In this document: positions 36,601 through 54,101 of the stretch, piece by piece
How the letters are laid out: every line of letters begins with the position of its first letter
How positions within the stretch are numbered: position 1 is the stretch's first letter
NCBI RefSeq assembly: GCF_009914755.1
Contig: NC_060925.1
DNA from: the human T2T-CHM13v2.0 reference genome, Homo sapiens
DNA: 64,000 nucleotides
Reading direction: 5' to 3' (one strand)
Program-made: the position numbers and the translations under genes
Notes under the pieces: generated by a model
Seen by the model: only the letters and a program-made list of their open reading frames with translations
Told to the model about the DNA's origin: nothing
The model's database searches: none

Positions 36601-39600
36601 TCTCCCCCTTTGAGAATTTTCACTAATCAGTGGGAGTTCTTTTATTTTTACTTTTTGAGTCTTTTTGTGAGACAGAGTGATAGTATTTTATGTAATATAC
36701 TTGTGTTGAAGTTTTCTGCTGAACCATGGTAGCTACAAAACCTTTTATCATTTGAAGGAGCAAATATAATATACAGGGGAGCAGCAAGCAAGTTCCTATT
36801 ACTAGTAATACACTTACAATGAGGGTTTTAAATTTTCTTACAGCTGGAAACTATGTTCTAAATGAACACCTAGGATCAGACCTGTGTTAAACCTGTATAT
36901 GCACATGTACCAACTTTGTCATGCCTTAAGCAGGTTAGTTCTTTTTACTGTGTCTTAAAAGCTTTTTCCTAGTGAGTAACATGGTATTTTTTAATAATAG
37001 AAGTTTTAAGAGCCAGATGCTTGAACTTGTGGCATCTGTTTGGGGAAAGAGCTAGTTAAAGTTATCTTGAGGCATTAACTCTTTTGCTTCTCAAGGCCAT
37101 TGGTCTCTTATGTTAGCCTTTTTATAAACATAACATGAAGAAACATCTAGGCAGCTAGCAATGTTTTCAGCCAGCTGAGCAAATAGGTTTTTTCTGTTTT
37201 TGCTAAAGGAGGAGGTTCTGGTAACTTCTGGTTTATATGTTTAAAGAATGACTGAAAGACTCAGAATTGTTACTGGGCTGGACAGGTCTGGGTTTCCTAA
37301 GTAGTATGTGTACAGTGGGGACACCTTATATAGGTGTTTCTTCTAACATGGTTATGGGGGTTAACAACAACAAAACAATGTACAGCATATTCGTATCCAG
37401 CAAGGACAAAAGAGGTCCTTACCTGGGAAAAAGGTTGAATACAGCGACCGAACAATAGGAAAACAGTTAGTATTACAGGAAAACTATTAGTCTTAAGATT
37501 TTTAACTACATTTACTTGCTCGATGAGTCCTCAAGCTTCGGCCGTGCGTAGACTGGTCAGCCTCCGGAGTGACCAGAGCAGGGCTGTCGTCCTCAGCAGC
37601 AGCTTGGTCTCGTCTCAGGATCAGCCAGGTTGGGTGATCTGCATCCTGCTGGCTGGTCCACTTGTCCTGAGCTGCCAGTGTTAGCTGACTGTGATGGATC
37701 CAAGACACAACACCTGCAACTTTAACAGCAGTGGGAGTGGACAAGGTTACAGTATAGGGTCCATCCTATATGGGTCCTAGAAAAATTTGATTTTACTTTT
37801 TTACTTTAAACAGAGTCACTAGATTTAAAGGGGTGTCAGGCTTATAGGCATTTTTATTTATTTAATTATGAACACTTTGTATGGCTATTTTTAAAGCCTG
37901 CATTTGCTTTTTTAAGGTTAATTCCTGTAGTTTCTGGAGGTCACCTTTAATTTGACCTATGATTTGGGGGTGGCCGACTGAACAAAATCTTATAGGGCAA
38001 ATACCTTGTTTGTTTGGGGGTGCACCTGACTCGGAGGAGGACCATAGGCAAAAACCTGATTTTATCTTACATGAATTTCCTGGCAATATTTTTTTCAGTA
38101 GCTGCTCAAGTGTCCAGTTCATGCTTTCCACCTTTTCTTGAACTTTGTGGCTGATGGGTTGTGTTTAACTTCCATTTTATTTTTAACAGCCTTGTTAAAT
38201 CTTGTACTATTTCAACTACAAATGCTGGCCTATTGTCTGACTTTAAAGTTAGAAGTAGTCTAAACCTGGGGATAATGTCTTTTAACAGTACTTTAGTTAC
38301 TTCTTGTAATTTTTTTTGTCCTGGTGGGGAAAACTTTAACTTACCCTGAAAAGGTGCAAACAAGCACTAGCATGTACCGATAGCCTCCAGCACGGGGCAG
38401 TTCTGTAAAGTCTACAAGCAAGTTCTCACAAGGTATGGCTCTTTCTCCTGTTTAAGTTTCTTAGAGGAGGGGTTCTTCCCCCCTCCACTTTGTAACTCTA
38501 TCTAGTGCTTAACCTTCAGTGAGAAATTGGAATCCAGATACAGCAGAATCTGCTGCTTTTAACTTTTGTTGTGACCATGGGCTCCTAGGAGCCTAATGAG
38601 AAGGTGCCTAGTCTGCCCTAGTCTTTACATTCTTTAGTTCCTGTCAGCCTGATCAGGTCAGTATTTTGTTCCTCCAAGGTGCGGCGGCCCTCGGCCCTCT
38701 TTGCCTTGTGGCCTTGGCCATTTCCTTTATTGCCTTTTGAATATTTACCGTTTTAGTGTCCTTTCTTTTTGCATCTCGCACATTAATCTCTCTCTAGCCT
38801 TGTCCGGCTCTTGAATCCTTGCCTAACTTGACTTCTTTCACGTCTACATCCACGTCCACATCCTCTCACATTGCTAATTTTTCTTTGTATAAGAGCTGTT
38901 GCTAACAGATTGGCTTTTTTACTTAAGTCTTTGTTTTTTTTTTTTCTTTCTGAGTTATCCTACTCCTACGGCCAGCTGGTGGGGCCAGGCAACAGCACGG
39001 GCCCTGCCCCTGCGCACTGCGGTCTGTCTCTCCTGTTTCCTTCTGATTCTCTTTTTCACACTTACTCTCAGTCTTTTTTTTTTTTCTTTTGCTCTTTCCT
39101 AGTTTTGTTCCTTGGTCACAGTTAACATACACCTTGGTGGCCACTTTTATAGACTAGGTGGTATTCATGCCTGCAGCTTCTGCTTGATGTTACCCTGGGC
39201 TTGCTTTACAAATGAAGTATTCACTATATACTGATTTTCAGCGGCCTCAGGGTTAAATGGGGTGTAAAGCCAGAATGCTTTATAGAGTCTCTTATAAAAC
39301 TGACTTAGGCTCTTGTCAGCTCCTTGAAAAATTTCTGAAATCTTTTTTATATTACTTGCTTTTTTCTACCAACTCTTAGCCTCTGCAGAAGTGCTTCTCA
39401 GTACCTCTGCAAACGCTGAAGCTGAGTTGCATTCTCTGGGTTTTTTTCCCCTTTTTCCTAGAGTAACAGGCTCTTTTTTTAATATAATTTTTCATGCACT
39501 TAGAGGGTTAAACAGGCATACCGAGAGTCAGTGTAAATGTTTACAGTCTTACCTTCACTGAGTTCTAAGGACTGAATTAAAGCAATCAGCTCAGCTTAAC

Positions 39601-41227
39601 GACAGTGTCCAGGGTTACCACCGCATATTCTGCACATCTCTCTCCTTGTGGGTTGATGAAGCTGTTCCCGTCCACGTATAGCTCCCAGTTTACTGATGCC
39701 CAAGGCTGGTCCTGGAGGTCAGGTCTGCTAGAGTAAACTTGAGTCCAACACCTCTACACAGTTATGCTCGACAGGGCTCTAGCTGCCAGGAGCAAGGTGG
39801 AGGGTTCAGGGTATTTCCAGTTTAGTAGATCAATGGTTGAAAAGGGCTGATAGATGAAAGTCTGTTGCCCCCCCAGATGTGGGCCTGGTCATTATAATAG
39901 ACAGGTCCTCGCGTCTCCCTGAGAGGCATTTGCATAGCTCGAGCAAGACCAGATCTGAGAGGGCCCACTTGACTATCTTGACTTCCTTCCTCGGCCTCTC
40001 GAGGCTCCGATCCTCCCCTTTGAGGTGAGACCTGGGGCATGTTAGCTCCTGAATCTCATTTCTGAGGGGGCTGTTGGCCTCGGTAAAGGGGGATAGGCTG
40101 GGACATATGGAGAAAGAATTTCTATTATCTCTGGCAGCTCCTGCAAAACTGGCTTCTGTTGCTGTTTCTGGGACTCCCTTTTTAACTCCATGTCTGCTGG
40201 CGAAGCTGCTCTTACTTTTACTTTTGGCTTTTTTTGCAATAAGCTGTTAAACAGGGCTAAATTTATGCCCATTTTGTCTATATTATATTTAACCATGAGT
40301 CAATATAAAGTAATTTGATCTAGGTACACTGGCTGTCCTCCAACCCCTGTCACCACCTTAAATACATGGCCAATTGTTCCCTGTCTATAGTTCCTTCGGT
40401 GGGCCATCCAACACCAAAAGAGGGCAATTCTAATTTACACAGAGTTCTTAGCCTCTAGGGGTTAACTTAACTCTATAATCTCCTGCAAAACCCTTCTTAA
40501 GGTTCTGTAACCTGCATTTTAATGGAATAAGTTTTGATGATTTGATGACTTTCCTTTTATTTTTCTTTTTGAAAATTTTTTTTAACACAGTTCTTAGTGG
40601 AGTAGGCTTACTTTGTGTCTGACCTATTTTTCTCTTGAGACAAAACAACATTCACACTACAAGAAGGAAAGGATAAAAGGTCACTCACTCATCTAATTCA
40701 CACTAAATCAAAATGAAAACTAAAACCAAAGTGTTGTTAAAGGCACACCTGTTCATCAAGCAATTTAAGCCAAGTCAAAATCAGAACCAAAACCAAAGTG
40801 CCAATAAAGGCATGTCTGTTTATCAAGCAATTCAAGTCAAGTCAAAATCAAAACTAAAACCAAAGTATCAAGCAATTCAAGTCAAGTCAAAAACAAAAAC
40901 CAATGTGCCGGTACAGGCACGCCATGGGTGATCAGGCCACACTTCCACTCAAGAGGAGTGGCAAGTTCCAAAGACCAGTCTTACCAAGTTTCAGATGTCC
41001 AGACTTAAAGTGCCAGTTCCTTCCCGGTGTTCAGCCACTGCGTTGATCCTCCGCGGGGGCCTGCTGTGCGCTGCTCTGGTGAGGTGTTCAACCGGGGCAA
41101 ATGCCTACCCGGGAGCGCTCTTAGGATCCGTGTTGCTCAAGCTGGCCAGAGTCCCCTGCAGGGATGCTCTACAGGGCAGACATAAGCTAACTAAGGGGCT
41201 GCCTGGACCATCCCTTAATCACCTCGC

Positions 41228-41245
41228 TTCCCGGTCAGGGAACCA
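41228..41245 (-). promoter_or_regulatory. Primer-binding site, tRNA-Glu (perfect match)
   Basis: The + strand TTCCCGGTCAGGGAACCA equals the tRNA-Glu(CTC) 3' end. Confidence 0.93.
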
Positions 41246-41250
41246 AGAAA

Positions 41251-41722
41251 TGTAACAGGACGAGCCACAGACAAAACTCCTCAGACACTGGATTAAAGAA
41301 GGAAGAGGTTTTTATTTGGCCGGGAGCATCAGCAGACTCGCGTCTTAAGAGCTGAGCTCCCCGAAAAAGAAATTCTTGGCCTTTTTAAAGGCTTACAACT
41401 TTAAGGGGTCCACGTGAAAGGGTCGTGATACATCAAGCAAGCGTGGAGGCTACATGCATCAGCTAACAGAACAAAAAGTTTTACAATGCTTTTTTTCATA
41501 CAGTGTCTGGAATTTACAGATCACACAAGTAGTTTAGGTCAGGGGTTGATGTTATTATTACTTTTTTTAACTCCTAGGGTCGGGTGGTGGTTCCAAGGTT
41601 GTCTGGCTATTTATCTTACTTTTGTTTTTTTCCAACTTTTTGCTTTTTCTCTCTTCCTGTCTTGTGAACTAGGCAAGGTGGGGAGAGGAGGGCAGCAGGA
41701 GTAGTAGTGGTCTCCTTCCTTA
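41251..41722 (-). mobile_element. LTR2B, 5' LTR
   Basis: Near-copy of 36113-36600 with a short internal deletion near 41445; adjacent to the PBS. Confidence 0.9.
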
Positions 41723-42886
41723 CAATTTTTGCTAAAGAGCAGGTTGGTGCTTTAAGATAAACCTGTTATGCTTTTACTTTAATGTCCAGTTCACAGAAAA
41801 ACTGGATGATACTTCTTTAACTTTAGCTAATATGTTTACACACAGAATTTTCTTTACAATTAACATTTTAAAACATGTTTAAACCTTCAAAACAGTAATT
41901 TTCTTTTTTTAATGTAGGTAAAAATGTACATTCTTATGCTTCCTTATAATCCTTTTACCAAAGGTATATTTTACTTTTCTTATACACCTTGCACATAAAC
42001 TTTTTTTTTTTTAATAGTTTTACATTCAGGAGGCCTAGTTACTTTTAAATTATACAACATTTTTTGCATAAATTCTTTTTTATAACATTTTTCTCTTTCA
42101 TGACTTTCACAGACAATTCTTCGACATGCCTCAACTTTCTGACTTATTACAAATATTTCTTTCTTTAAACAACCAGTTAACTTATTTCAGGACAAGAATC
42201 TACCATATAATACTCTTTTTATATAAATTCCGCCCCCCCTTTTTTTCTTTCTTTCTTTTTTTTTTTCCTTAGGATACTTCTTTTTTTTTTTTTAGATGAA
42301 GTTTTGCTCTTGTTGCCCAGGCTGGAGTGCAATGGCATGATCTTGGCTCACCGCAACCTCTGCCTCCTGGGTTCAACGATTCTCCTGCCCCAGCCTCCCA
42401 AGTAGCTGGGACTACAGGCGTGCGCCACCATGCCTGGCTAATTTTTGTATTTTTAGTAGCGATGGGGTTTCACCATCTTGGCCAGGCTGGTCCGGAACTC
42501 CTGACCTCATGATCCACCCGCCTCAGCCTCCCAAAGTGCTGGGATTATAGGCGTGAGCCACCGCGCTCGGCAAGGATACTTCTGAACTGGTGAGGTATGC
42601 TCACAATGAGGTTTCCTCTAAAGGTTATTTTTTTTAATTTTTTGTTGTTAGCAAAGCAGTTGCTGCTACAGATTGAATGCTTCTGGGCCATCCGTGGGTT
42701 ACCAGGTTAAGGATTTTTGATAGGAAGGCCTCAGTGCTTTTGGGATATGCCCTTGTTTACACTAATAACAAAGTGGTATTGGAGTGTTATAGTGTTATGG
42801 AGAATACCTTCAATTATCAATTATAGGTTTTAAATTTACCTTGGCTTTTAAAGGAATAAGGTACACTTTTTTTTTTAAACTACTTC

Positions 42887-43060
42887 TATCTCTCTCTCTC
42901 TCTCTCTCTCTCTTTGACTTTGTCTCTCTTTGACTTTCTTTTTGCCTCTCTTTTTCTCTCTCTCTGCCTCTTTCTCTCTCTCTCTCCTTGACTCCCTCTT
43001 TGTCTGTCTCTTCCTCTCTCTCTTTGCCTCTTGTCCTCTCTCTTTCCTTTTTCTCTCTCT
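42887..43060. repeat. (CT)n / pyrimidine-rich simple repeat in Harlequin downstream of gag MA
   Basis: Degenerate TCTCTC runs. Confidence 0.85.
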
Positions 43061-43925
43061 GCTGGTCTTTCCTTGCCTCTGCCAGCCACTTATGCTGCTG
43101 TTCTCTCAACCACTGTGTGTTGGGGGTGGGGGGTCTAAAACCAGCTGTAACCAAGTGTCTATGTACGGGAACTGGTCTGGGTTCCCTGGCTTACAGGTTA
43201 CCTTGTGCCATACCTTTGAAACAAGGGACCTGTCCAGGCTTCCTTCTAATGGCCAACCTACCTCTAATGCTAGCCAGTCTATCTTACACAAAGTTTTAAG
43301 TTTTCCTAGTGTCATAGTACTCCATAGTCTACTTTAAATTCTTTTTTGAAATGTTTCAACATAGTTTCTAATAGGGTGGGCTTATTTGTGCCTGACCTAT
43401 CTTCTTCAAGACAAAACACCACGCTCACACCACACGCACACCACAAAACAACGGGTAAAAAGGGCACACACACACTTTTACAGTTTGCACCAAACCAAAA
43501 TCAGAGTATCCAGAAATCCAAGCCAGGTCAAAACCAAAACCAAAGTATCAAGCAATCCAAGTCAAGTCAAAAACAAAAACCAAAGTGCCGGTACAGGCAC
43601 ACCGTGGGTGATCAGGCCACACTTCCACTCAAATGGAGTGGGCAAGTTTCAAAGACTAGTCTTACCAAGTTTTAGGTGTCCAGACTCCAAGTGCCCATTC
43701 CTTCCTGGTGTTCAGCCACTGCGTTGATCCCCCACGGGGACCTGCCACACATTGCTCTGGCGAGGCGTCCCACCAGGGCAAATGCCTACCCAGGAACGCT
43801 CTCAGGATCCACGTCGCTTGGGCTGGTCTGGTCGGAGTCCCCCGCAGGGATGTTCCACAGGGCAGGCTTAAGCTGCCTAAGAAGCTGCCTAAGGAGCTGC
43901 CTTGACCATCCACCAATCACCTCGC

Positions 43926-43943
43926 TTCTGGGTCAGGGAACCA
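43926..43943 (-). promoter_or_regulatory. Primer-binding site, tRNA-Glu (two mismatches), outer provirus
   Basis: The + strand reads TTCTGGGTCAGGGAACCA next to the LTR2 end. Confidence 0.88.
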
Positions 43944-43948
43944 AGAAA

Positions 43949-45024
<1,076 letters not shown>

Positions 45025-45305
45025 GTCTGTCCGAGAGATCTCATGTAAGTGGAGTCATACAATATGTATATTTTTTTGAGACAGAGTCCTGCTCTGTCAC
45101 TGCAACCTCTGCCTCCCAGGCTCAAGAGATTCTCCTGCCTCAGCTTCCCCAGTAGCTGGGATTACAGGCATGCACCACCATTCCTGCTAATTTTTGTATT
45201 TTTAGTAGAGACCGGGTTTCACCATGTTGGCCAGGCTGGTGTCAAACTCCTGACTTCGTGATCTGCCTGCCTCAGCCTCCAAAAGTGCTGGGATTACAGG
45301 CGTGA

Positions 45306-45476
<171 letters not shown>

Positions 45477-45649
45477 TAGCTTGGATTACAGGCACCCACC
45501 ACCATGCCTGGCTAATTTTTTTTTTTTTTTTTTTTTGGTATTTTTAGTAGTGACGGGGTTTCACCGTGTTGCCCAGGCTGGTCTCAAACTCCTGACCTCA
45601 GGTGATCCACCCACCTCGGCCTCCCAAAGTGCAGAGGTTACAAGCGTGA

Positions 45650-45796
<147 letters not shown>

Positions 45797-46351
45797 TAAC
45801 TGGGACTACAGGCACCCGCCACCACACCCAACTAATTTTTCATATTTTTAGTAGAGGCGGTGTTTCACCATGTTGGCCAGGATGGTCTCAATCTCCTGAC
45901 CTTGTGATCTGCCCGCCTCGGCCTCCCAAAGTGGTGGGATTACAGGCATGAGCCAAAGCGCCCGGCCTCCAATATTTGTTCTTTTGTGCCTGCTTATTTC
46001 ATTTCATTTAGTTTTTTCAAAGTTCATCCTATATCAAAACTTAATTTCTTTTCATGGCTGAATAATATTCCATCATATGGATATACCACATTTTGTTTAT
46101 TCATTCATCAGTTGATAGACACTTCGGTTGTTGCCCTTTGGTTATTGTGATTAATGCTTTGATGAACATTGGGTTATAATTCTTTTGAACGATTTGTCTA
46201 CTAATTCTAACATCTGTGTCTGTTCAGGATTAGTTTTGATTTTTTTTTTTAAAATGGGTCATGTTTCCCTCTTACTTTGCATGTCTGACAATCATTAATT
46301 GAATGGTAGAAATGAATTTTACCTTGTTGCTTACTTGATTTTTTTTTTTAG

Positions 46352-46456
<105 letters not shown>

Positions 46457-47028
46457 TGAATGGCTGGAACTTCAAGTGTGCATCACCACACCCAGCTAAT
46501 CTTGTATTTTTAGTAGAGACAGGGTTTCACCATGTTAGCCAGGCTGGTCTCAAATTCCTGACCTCAGGTGGTCCACCTGCCTTGGCCTCCCAAAATGCTG
46601 GGATTACAGGTGTGAGCCACCGTGCCTGGCCCAATATTTTCTATTCTTATGCAACTTCTTGTTCTTTGTTCTGAGATTCAGTTAACTTATGTGGAAACCG
46701 TTTGATCATTTTTGTTACTACTTTTGTCATTTGTCCAGCAGGTCTGAAGTAGTGCTCAAGCTGGGGCTAATTAGACGAAGCAAGCCCTACCTGAGTATTT
46801 TCCCAGTGCCTGGTGAATTATGAGTTTTTCTAGTCTAGCTGGTGAGAACAGGCACTATTCCCAGTCATGTATGAGTGCCAGGCACTGTTCTCCAATCCAT
46901 TCTAATGGTTTTATCTCAGCTTCAGGAAGTTTCTCTCACACATGCACTGATCAGCACTCTGCTGAGTATTTGAGGGAGGCCCTCTGCAGATACCTGGACA
47001 TTTGGTACAAATTTAAAGACCTTGATGT

Positions 47029-48218
47029 TGAAGGAGTGAGGGACGTGCCATCCCAAAAGATGCTGGATTGGTATATTGATTATTTCTAGCTGAAAACATT
47101 GGTGAGGCCAGAAGTGGTGGCTCACGTCTGCAATCCCAACACTTTGGGAGGCAGAGGTGGGCTGATGGCTTGAGGCCAGGGGTTCGAGACCAGCCTGGCC
47201 AACATGGTGAAACCCTGACTCTACAAAAAGTACAAAATTTAGCTGGGGATGGTGGCACCTATAATCCCAGCTGCTTGGGTGGCTGAGGCACGAGAATTGC
47301 TTGAACCCAGGGAGGTGGAGGTTGCAGTGAGCCAAGATTAAACCACTACACTCCAGCCTGGGCCACAGAGGGAGACTGAAAACAAAAACAAAACAAAATG
47401 TTGGCGAAATTGTAGTTTCAGGAAAAACTAGCTAACCTGTGCCTTCCAGCAGGCAGCAAGCCATAAGGATTCCTCTAGGAGGAGTACCCTCCCCATACCA
47501 GGGTGAGAAAATAGCCCTCATTATCAGAGACACACTGGGGGGGGCTGCCATGGACCTGAATAAACATACTTAACCAAGTAACTCTTGTCTTCTATTAGTT
47601 TTACACCCTCCCCTACATCGCCTAATGACTCCCCTAGAAATTTACTGCCCCTCGCCAGATTTTCTTTGTCCTGTCATTTCTTCTCAAATTCATCATCCTT
47701 TGTCTAAAATGTATAAACACAGCCAGGCACAGTGGCTCATGCCTGTAATCCAGCACTTTGGGAGGCCGAGGCGGGAAGATCACTTGAGGTCAGGAGCTCG
47801 AGACCAGCCTGGCCAACATGGTGAAACCGCGTCTCTACTTAAAGTACAAAAATTAGCCAGGCGTGGTGATGGCTGCCTGTAGTCCCAGCTACTTGGGAGG
47901 CTAAGGCAGGAGAATTGCATGAACTGGGAGACAGAGGTTGCAGTGAGCCGAGATTGGTCCACTGCCCTCCAGCCTGGGCAACAGAGTGAGACTCTGTCTT
48001 AAAAAAAAAAAAAAAGTATAAACGCATCTTGCATCTTGCTTTGACCACTTGTTCAGACTTCACCATCTTGTGAAGATCCCCATGCACATGTAAAACCAAT
48101 ACAATTTGTATGCTTTTATCTTGTTAATCTGTCTGGTATCAATTTGGTTTCCAGATCCAGCCAAAGAGCCCACATAATAGCTAAAGAGGTGCTGGAGGTG
48201 ATCTCTGGTTCCCCTACA
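47029..48218 (+). mobile_element. MER34-family solo LTR with two Alu insertions
   Basis: Starts TGAAGGAGTGAGGGACGTGCCATCCCAAAAGATGC and ends GATCTCTGGTTCCCCTACA; flanks ATGT / AAGT. Confidence 0.7.
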
Positions 48219-48862
48219 AAGTCATCATTTCTTTCCTCACCACAAGAAAAAGCTGAAAAAACTGAAAAGCAATAACTCTTCTTAAAGCCATAAGAAAATT
48301 GAGGTCACAGGACAAATTGTTGCCCCCCCAAACTGGAGAGACAAATGAGCCGATACAGAAAAACACAGCCTACTGGGGGCAGAAGCCCAGGATGAGAAGC
48401 CTGCAGCTGAAGGCAGTAGTAGTAGGGACACTTTAAACCTAATTAACAAATCCCTGGAGGCTCCATGTGGCCAAGAGTTAAAAACTGCGGATGGCCAGGT
48501 GCGGTGCCTCATGTCTGCAATCCCAGTGATTTGGGAGGCTGTAGGTGGGAGAATCACTTGAAGCCAGAAGTTTGAGACCAGCCTGGGCAACATAGGGAGA
48601 CCCCCATCTCCACACACAAAAAAAAATTTTTAATCAGCCATATAAACCGGGCGCGATGGCTCATGCCTGTAATCCCAGCATTTTGGGAGGCCAAGGTGGG
48701 CAGATCATTTGAGGTCAGCAGTTCGAGACCAACCTGGTCAACATGATGAGACCCCATCTGTACTAAAACTATAAAAATTATCCAGGCATGGGCTGGGTGC
48801 CGTGGCTCATGGGCTGGGTGCCTGTAATCCCAGCACTTTGGGAGGCCGAGGCGGGTGGCTCA

Positions 48863-49090
<228 letters not shown>

Positions 49091-49694
49091 CTAACTAAAT
49101 AAATAAATATAAAAATTAGCCAGGCATAGTGGTGTGTGCCTGTAGTCCCAGCTACTCAGGAGGCTGAAGCAGGAGAATCGCTTGAACCCGGGAGGCAGAG
49201 GTTGTGGTGAACCAAGATCACACCACTGCACTCCAGCTTGGGCAACAAAGCGAGACTTTGTCTCAAAAAAAAAAAATCAGCCATGCGTAGTGGCACAGGC
49301 CTATAGTCCCAGCTACTCAAGAGGCTGAGCCAGGAGGATCTCTCAGGCCTAGGAAGTCAAGGCAGCAGTGAGCTATCTTTGCACCACTGCACTCCAACTT
49401 GGGTGATAAAGTGAGACCCTGTCTCTAAAAAAATAAAAAAACTAAAAAGTATCAAATTATACAGTTTAAATATATGCATTTTATTGTGTATCACATATCC
49501 CTCAATAAATGTTGGTAGAATTAGTGACTCACAGACACTAGGAATTCTATAGAGGCTCAGATATAATATTTCAAGAACAACTGACAAGCAATATAAGAAC
49601 ATCTATATATAGAACATCTTGTTCCATATTCTTGTTTTTATATTCATGTTCAATTACTTTTTAAGTCTCATTTCTTAGAGGCAGAATTCATAGA

Positions 49695-50085
49695 TTTCTT
49701 AGGTATTTTTTCCCTAAAGGCAGAGCCTGAGATAAAGACATGGTTGTGGTTGTTTATTTGGGAAGTGACCCCAGGAAGTGGAAGTGAAGGAGTGGAGAAT
49801 ATGATTGAAATAAGAAAGGGGAAAAAATCCAATAAAGGGTGTTACTGAAGTGGTCACCATGCAAAGAACAACTGGGGGTCGATCTTATAGGGACTCTCTA
49901 AGGAACCATGTAGACAGTACTTTGGACCGTCCTGAAGAGCAGGGAGGTTGGGGCATTTATCCACCAATTCCCACTGAGAATTCCCCAGGGATATTAATTC
50001 CCCCACACTTACAAGCTGTGCCCCCAAATGGCAAGCAGTACCCCCGAAGCAGGAAAAGAGATACTCTAATAGCCTTTGTTTGATG
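49695..50085 (-). mobile_element. Old ERVL LTR (LTR16-like) fragment
   Basis: GGCAGAGCCTGAGATAAAG...TTTATTTGGGAAGTGACCCCAGGAAG resembles the reverse complement of LTR16-group LTRs; highly diverged. Confidence 0.45.
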
Positions 50086-50254
50086 TGGGATGATGATAAG
50101 TACATGAGAATTTCCACACAGAGATCAAAGCTGCACTCAAGTGAGCCTCTTAAGTGGATGGAGCAAGACTGTAAAAGTGATTAAAAGCAAGGGTTCTGGA
50201 GTCATTCCACACTGGTTCAAATCTCATTTCCATCATTTTGTACTTTGAGCCTGA

Positions 50255-50571
<317 letters not shown>

Positions 50572-51400
50572 TAAATTTAGATAATGCATATCAAGTGCCT
50601 AGCACAGTATTTGTCACGTGGTAACAATTCAATTATGTATTTTATTCATCAGAGAAGATTCCAGGTAACTTTACCTCAAAGGGCAAAGTTTCCTCATCAC
50701 TCAGGATATTCTTACAGAATTAATCATAGGCTTTGAAGGCAAAAGCAAATCAAAGGGTACAAAAATTTTACTGGTACAAAACAGAAAAAGGAGACTGACC
50801 AAAGTGGCTAGTCTGAGAGAAAAGTAGGTTCCTGGATAAGGAAATCAAGCTAAGTACTTTTAAGACTAATCGTAATTCTTAAATACTATAAAAGAAACAC
50901 ATCGGCCAGGCTTGGCAGCTCATGCCTGTAATCCCAGCACTTTGGGAGGCCGAGGCAGGAAGATCACCTGATGTCGAGAGTTCAAGACCAGCCTGGCCAA
51001 CATGGCAAAACCCCATCTCTACTAAAAAATACAAAAATTACCCAGGCATGGTGGCAGGCGCCTGTAATCCCAGCTACTCGGGAGGCTGAGGCAGGGAGAA
51101 TTGTTTGAACCTGGGAGGTGGAGGTTGCAGTGAGCCGAGATCTCACCACTGCACTACAGACTGGGTGACAGAGCGAGACTCCATCTCAAAAAAAAAAAAA
51201 AAACACATCAAAAATCTTTTTAAAAATTTCTCCTATCTGTTCAATTTCTTGAGACTGAAACAAAATAAAATGTTATTACAAGTAAGATGTTTCCAGCATA
51301 TTTAAGAACAAAACCATATTTAATTTTCTTTAAAAAAATAGGGGGAAACCACTTTTATATCTAGTTGTACTAAAATACTCCATATTTAATGCCAATATTA

Positions 51401-51493
<93 letters not shown>

Positions 51494-51818
51494 TCACCTG
51501 AGGTCAGGAGTTCAAGACCAGCCTGCCAACAGGGTGAAATCCCCTCTCTACTAAAAATACAAACTAATTTGCCAGGTGTGGTGGTGCACGATTGTAGTCC
51601 CAGCTACTTGGGAGGTTGAAGCACGAGAATAGCTTTAACCCGGGAGGCAGAGGCTACAGTGAGCTGAGATCATGCAGCTGCACTCTAGCCTGGGAGACAA
51701 GAGCAAAACTCTGTCTCAAAAAAAAAAAAAACAAAAAACAGTAACTTTCTTTTTCTTGAGGCTTTGAAAACGACCTGGTCTGGTCTTTGTTAAATAATGA
51801 ATGATGTTTAAATAGTAG

Positions 51819-52193
<375 letters not shown>

Positions 52194-53064
52194 TGAGCCA
52201 CCATACCTGGCCTTCAGATGTTCTTTCAAGTAGCTAGTCACATTATTTAGCCTTGAAGAAAATTGAAGCTTCTAGAATTTTAGAATCTATAAACTCCTCA
52301 ATTAAAAGGTCTTTATGAGGAAATCTAAGAAGTTTGAAAGCAGAAGTAACATATTATTCTATAAAGTGACATTAATTCAGGAATATGGAAATGTAGAAAA
52401 TTATACCTAATGCTCTAAGAACTACATACACAGAAATGAAGAAATAGGTCACAGACTTTGGAATTCTGTTTCACTCTGAGCAGCTTGGGCAAATTTTCTT
52501 GGTAGAAGGTGGTGACCTGCTAGATGAAATTTGCTCAGTAATCCACAGTATGGAAGAGCTGAAAAGTCCAGTCCTGTAATAAGCAGTGTGCCTAATGAAA
52601 GGTAATTTTACAATCAAGGCCAGGCGCGGTGGCTCATGCCTTTGGGAGCATGAGCACTTTGGGAGACCCAGGAGGGCAGGTCACTTGAGCTCAGGAATTC
52701 AAGACCAGCCCGGGCAACATGGTGAAACCCCATCTCTACTAAAAAAATAGAAATTAGCCAGAGGTGGCGGTGCACACCTCTGTAGTCCGAGCTACTTGGG
52801 AGGATGACGTAGGAGAATTGCTTGCCCCGGGAGGTTGTGGTTGCAGTGAGCAGAGATCAACAATAAGAACCAGAAACTTCAAGAGCTACGGTCAGAGCTT
52901 TAAAAAAGCTTTATTCTCACTAGGAGAAAAAACAGCATTAGATAGAACGTGACTATTAAGTATAGTTTCTTTCTTTTATAGAGCTTTTCAGTATTGAAAT
53001 TTAATATTATGTTGAATATTATAACCAGTGTTTAAATTTTGGACATTGCCAAATTTAAAATTTA

Positions 53065-53205
<141 letters not shown>

Positions 53206-53429
53206 TTAGCCTGGTGTGGTGGCAGGCGCCTGTAATCCCAGCTACTTGGGAGGCCAACACACGAGAATCGCTTGAACCCAGGAGGCGGAGGTTACAGTGA
53301 GCTCAGATCACGCCACTGCATTCCAGCCTGGGTGACAGGGTGAGACTCGGTCTCAAAAAAAAAAAAAAAAGAAAGAAAATTATTAGAATACATTACATTG
53401 CGTAGATACAAAAACTAGGTATTTCTTTA

Positions 53430-53759
<330 letters not shown>

Positions 53760-53763
53760 CTAG

Positions 53764-54101
<338 letters not shown>

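Larger units (their letters stand above)
36113..41722 (-). mobile_element. Nested LTR2B / HERV-E-like deleted provirus (5.6 kb)
   Basis: Two LTR2B copies, perfect Glu PBS, PPT next to 36601, and remnants of gag, RNase H, integrase (TPTAVKVAGVVSWIHHSQL) and env. The host AT-rich sequence resumes on both sides. Confidence 0.9.

Noticed and set aside
42810-43337. Glu/Arg-rich and Leu/Ser-rich ORFs
   Set aside because: Products of the (CT)n/(GA)n simple repeat.
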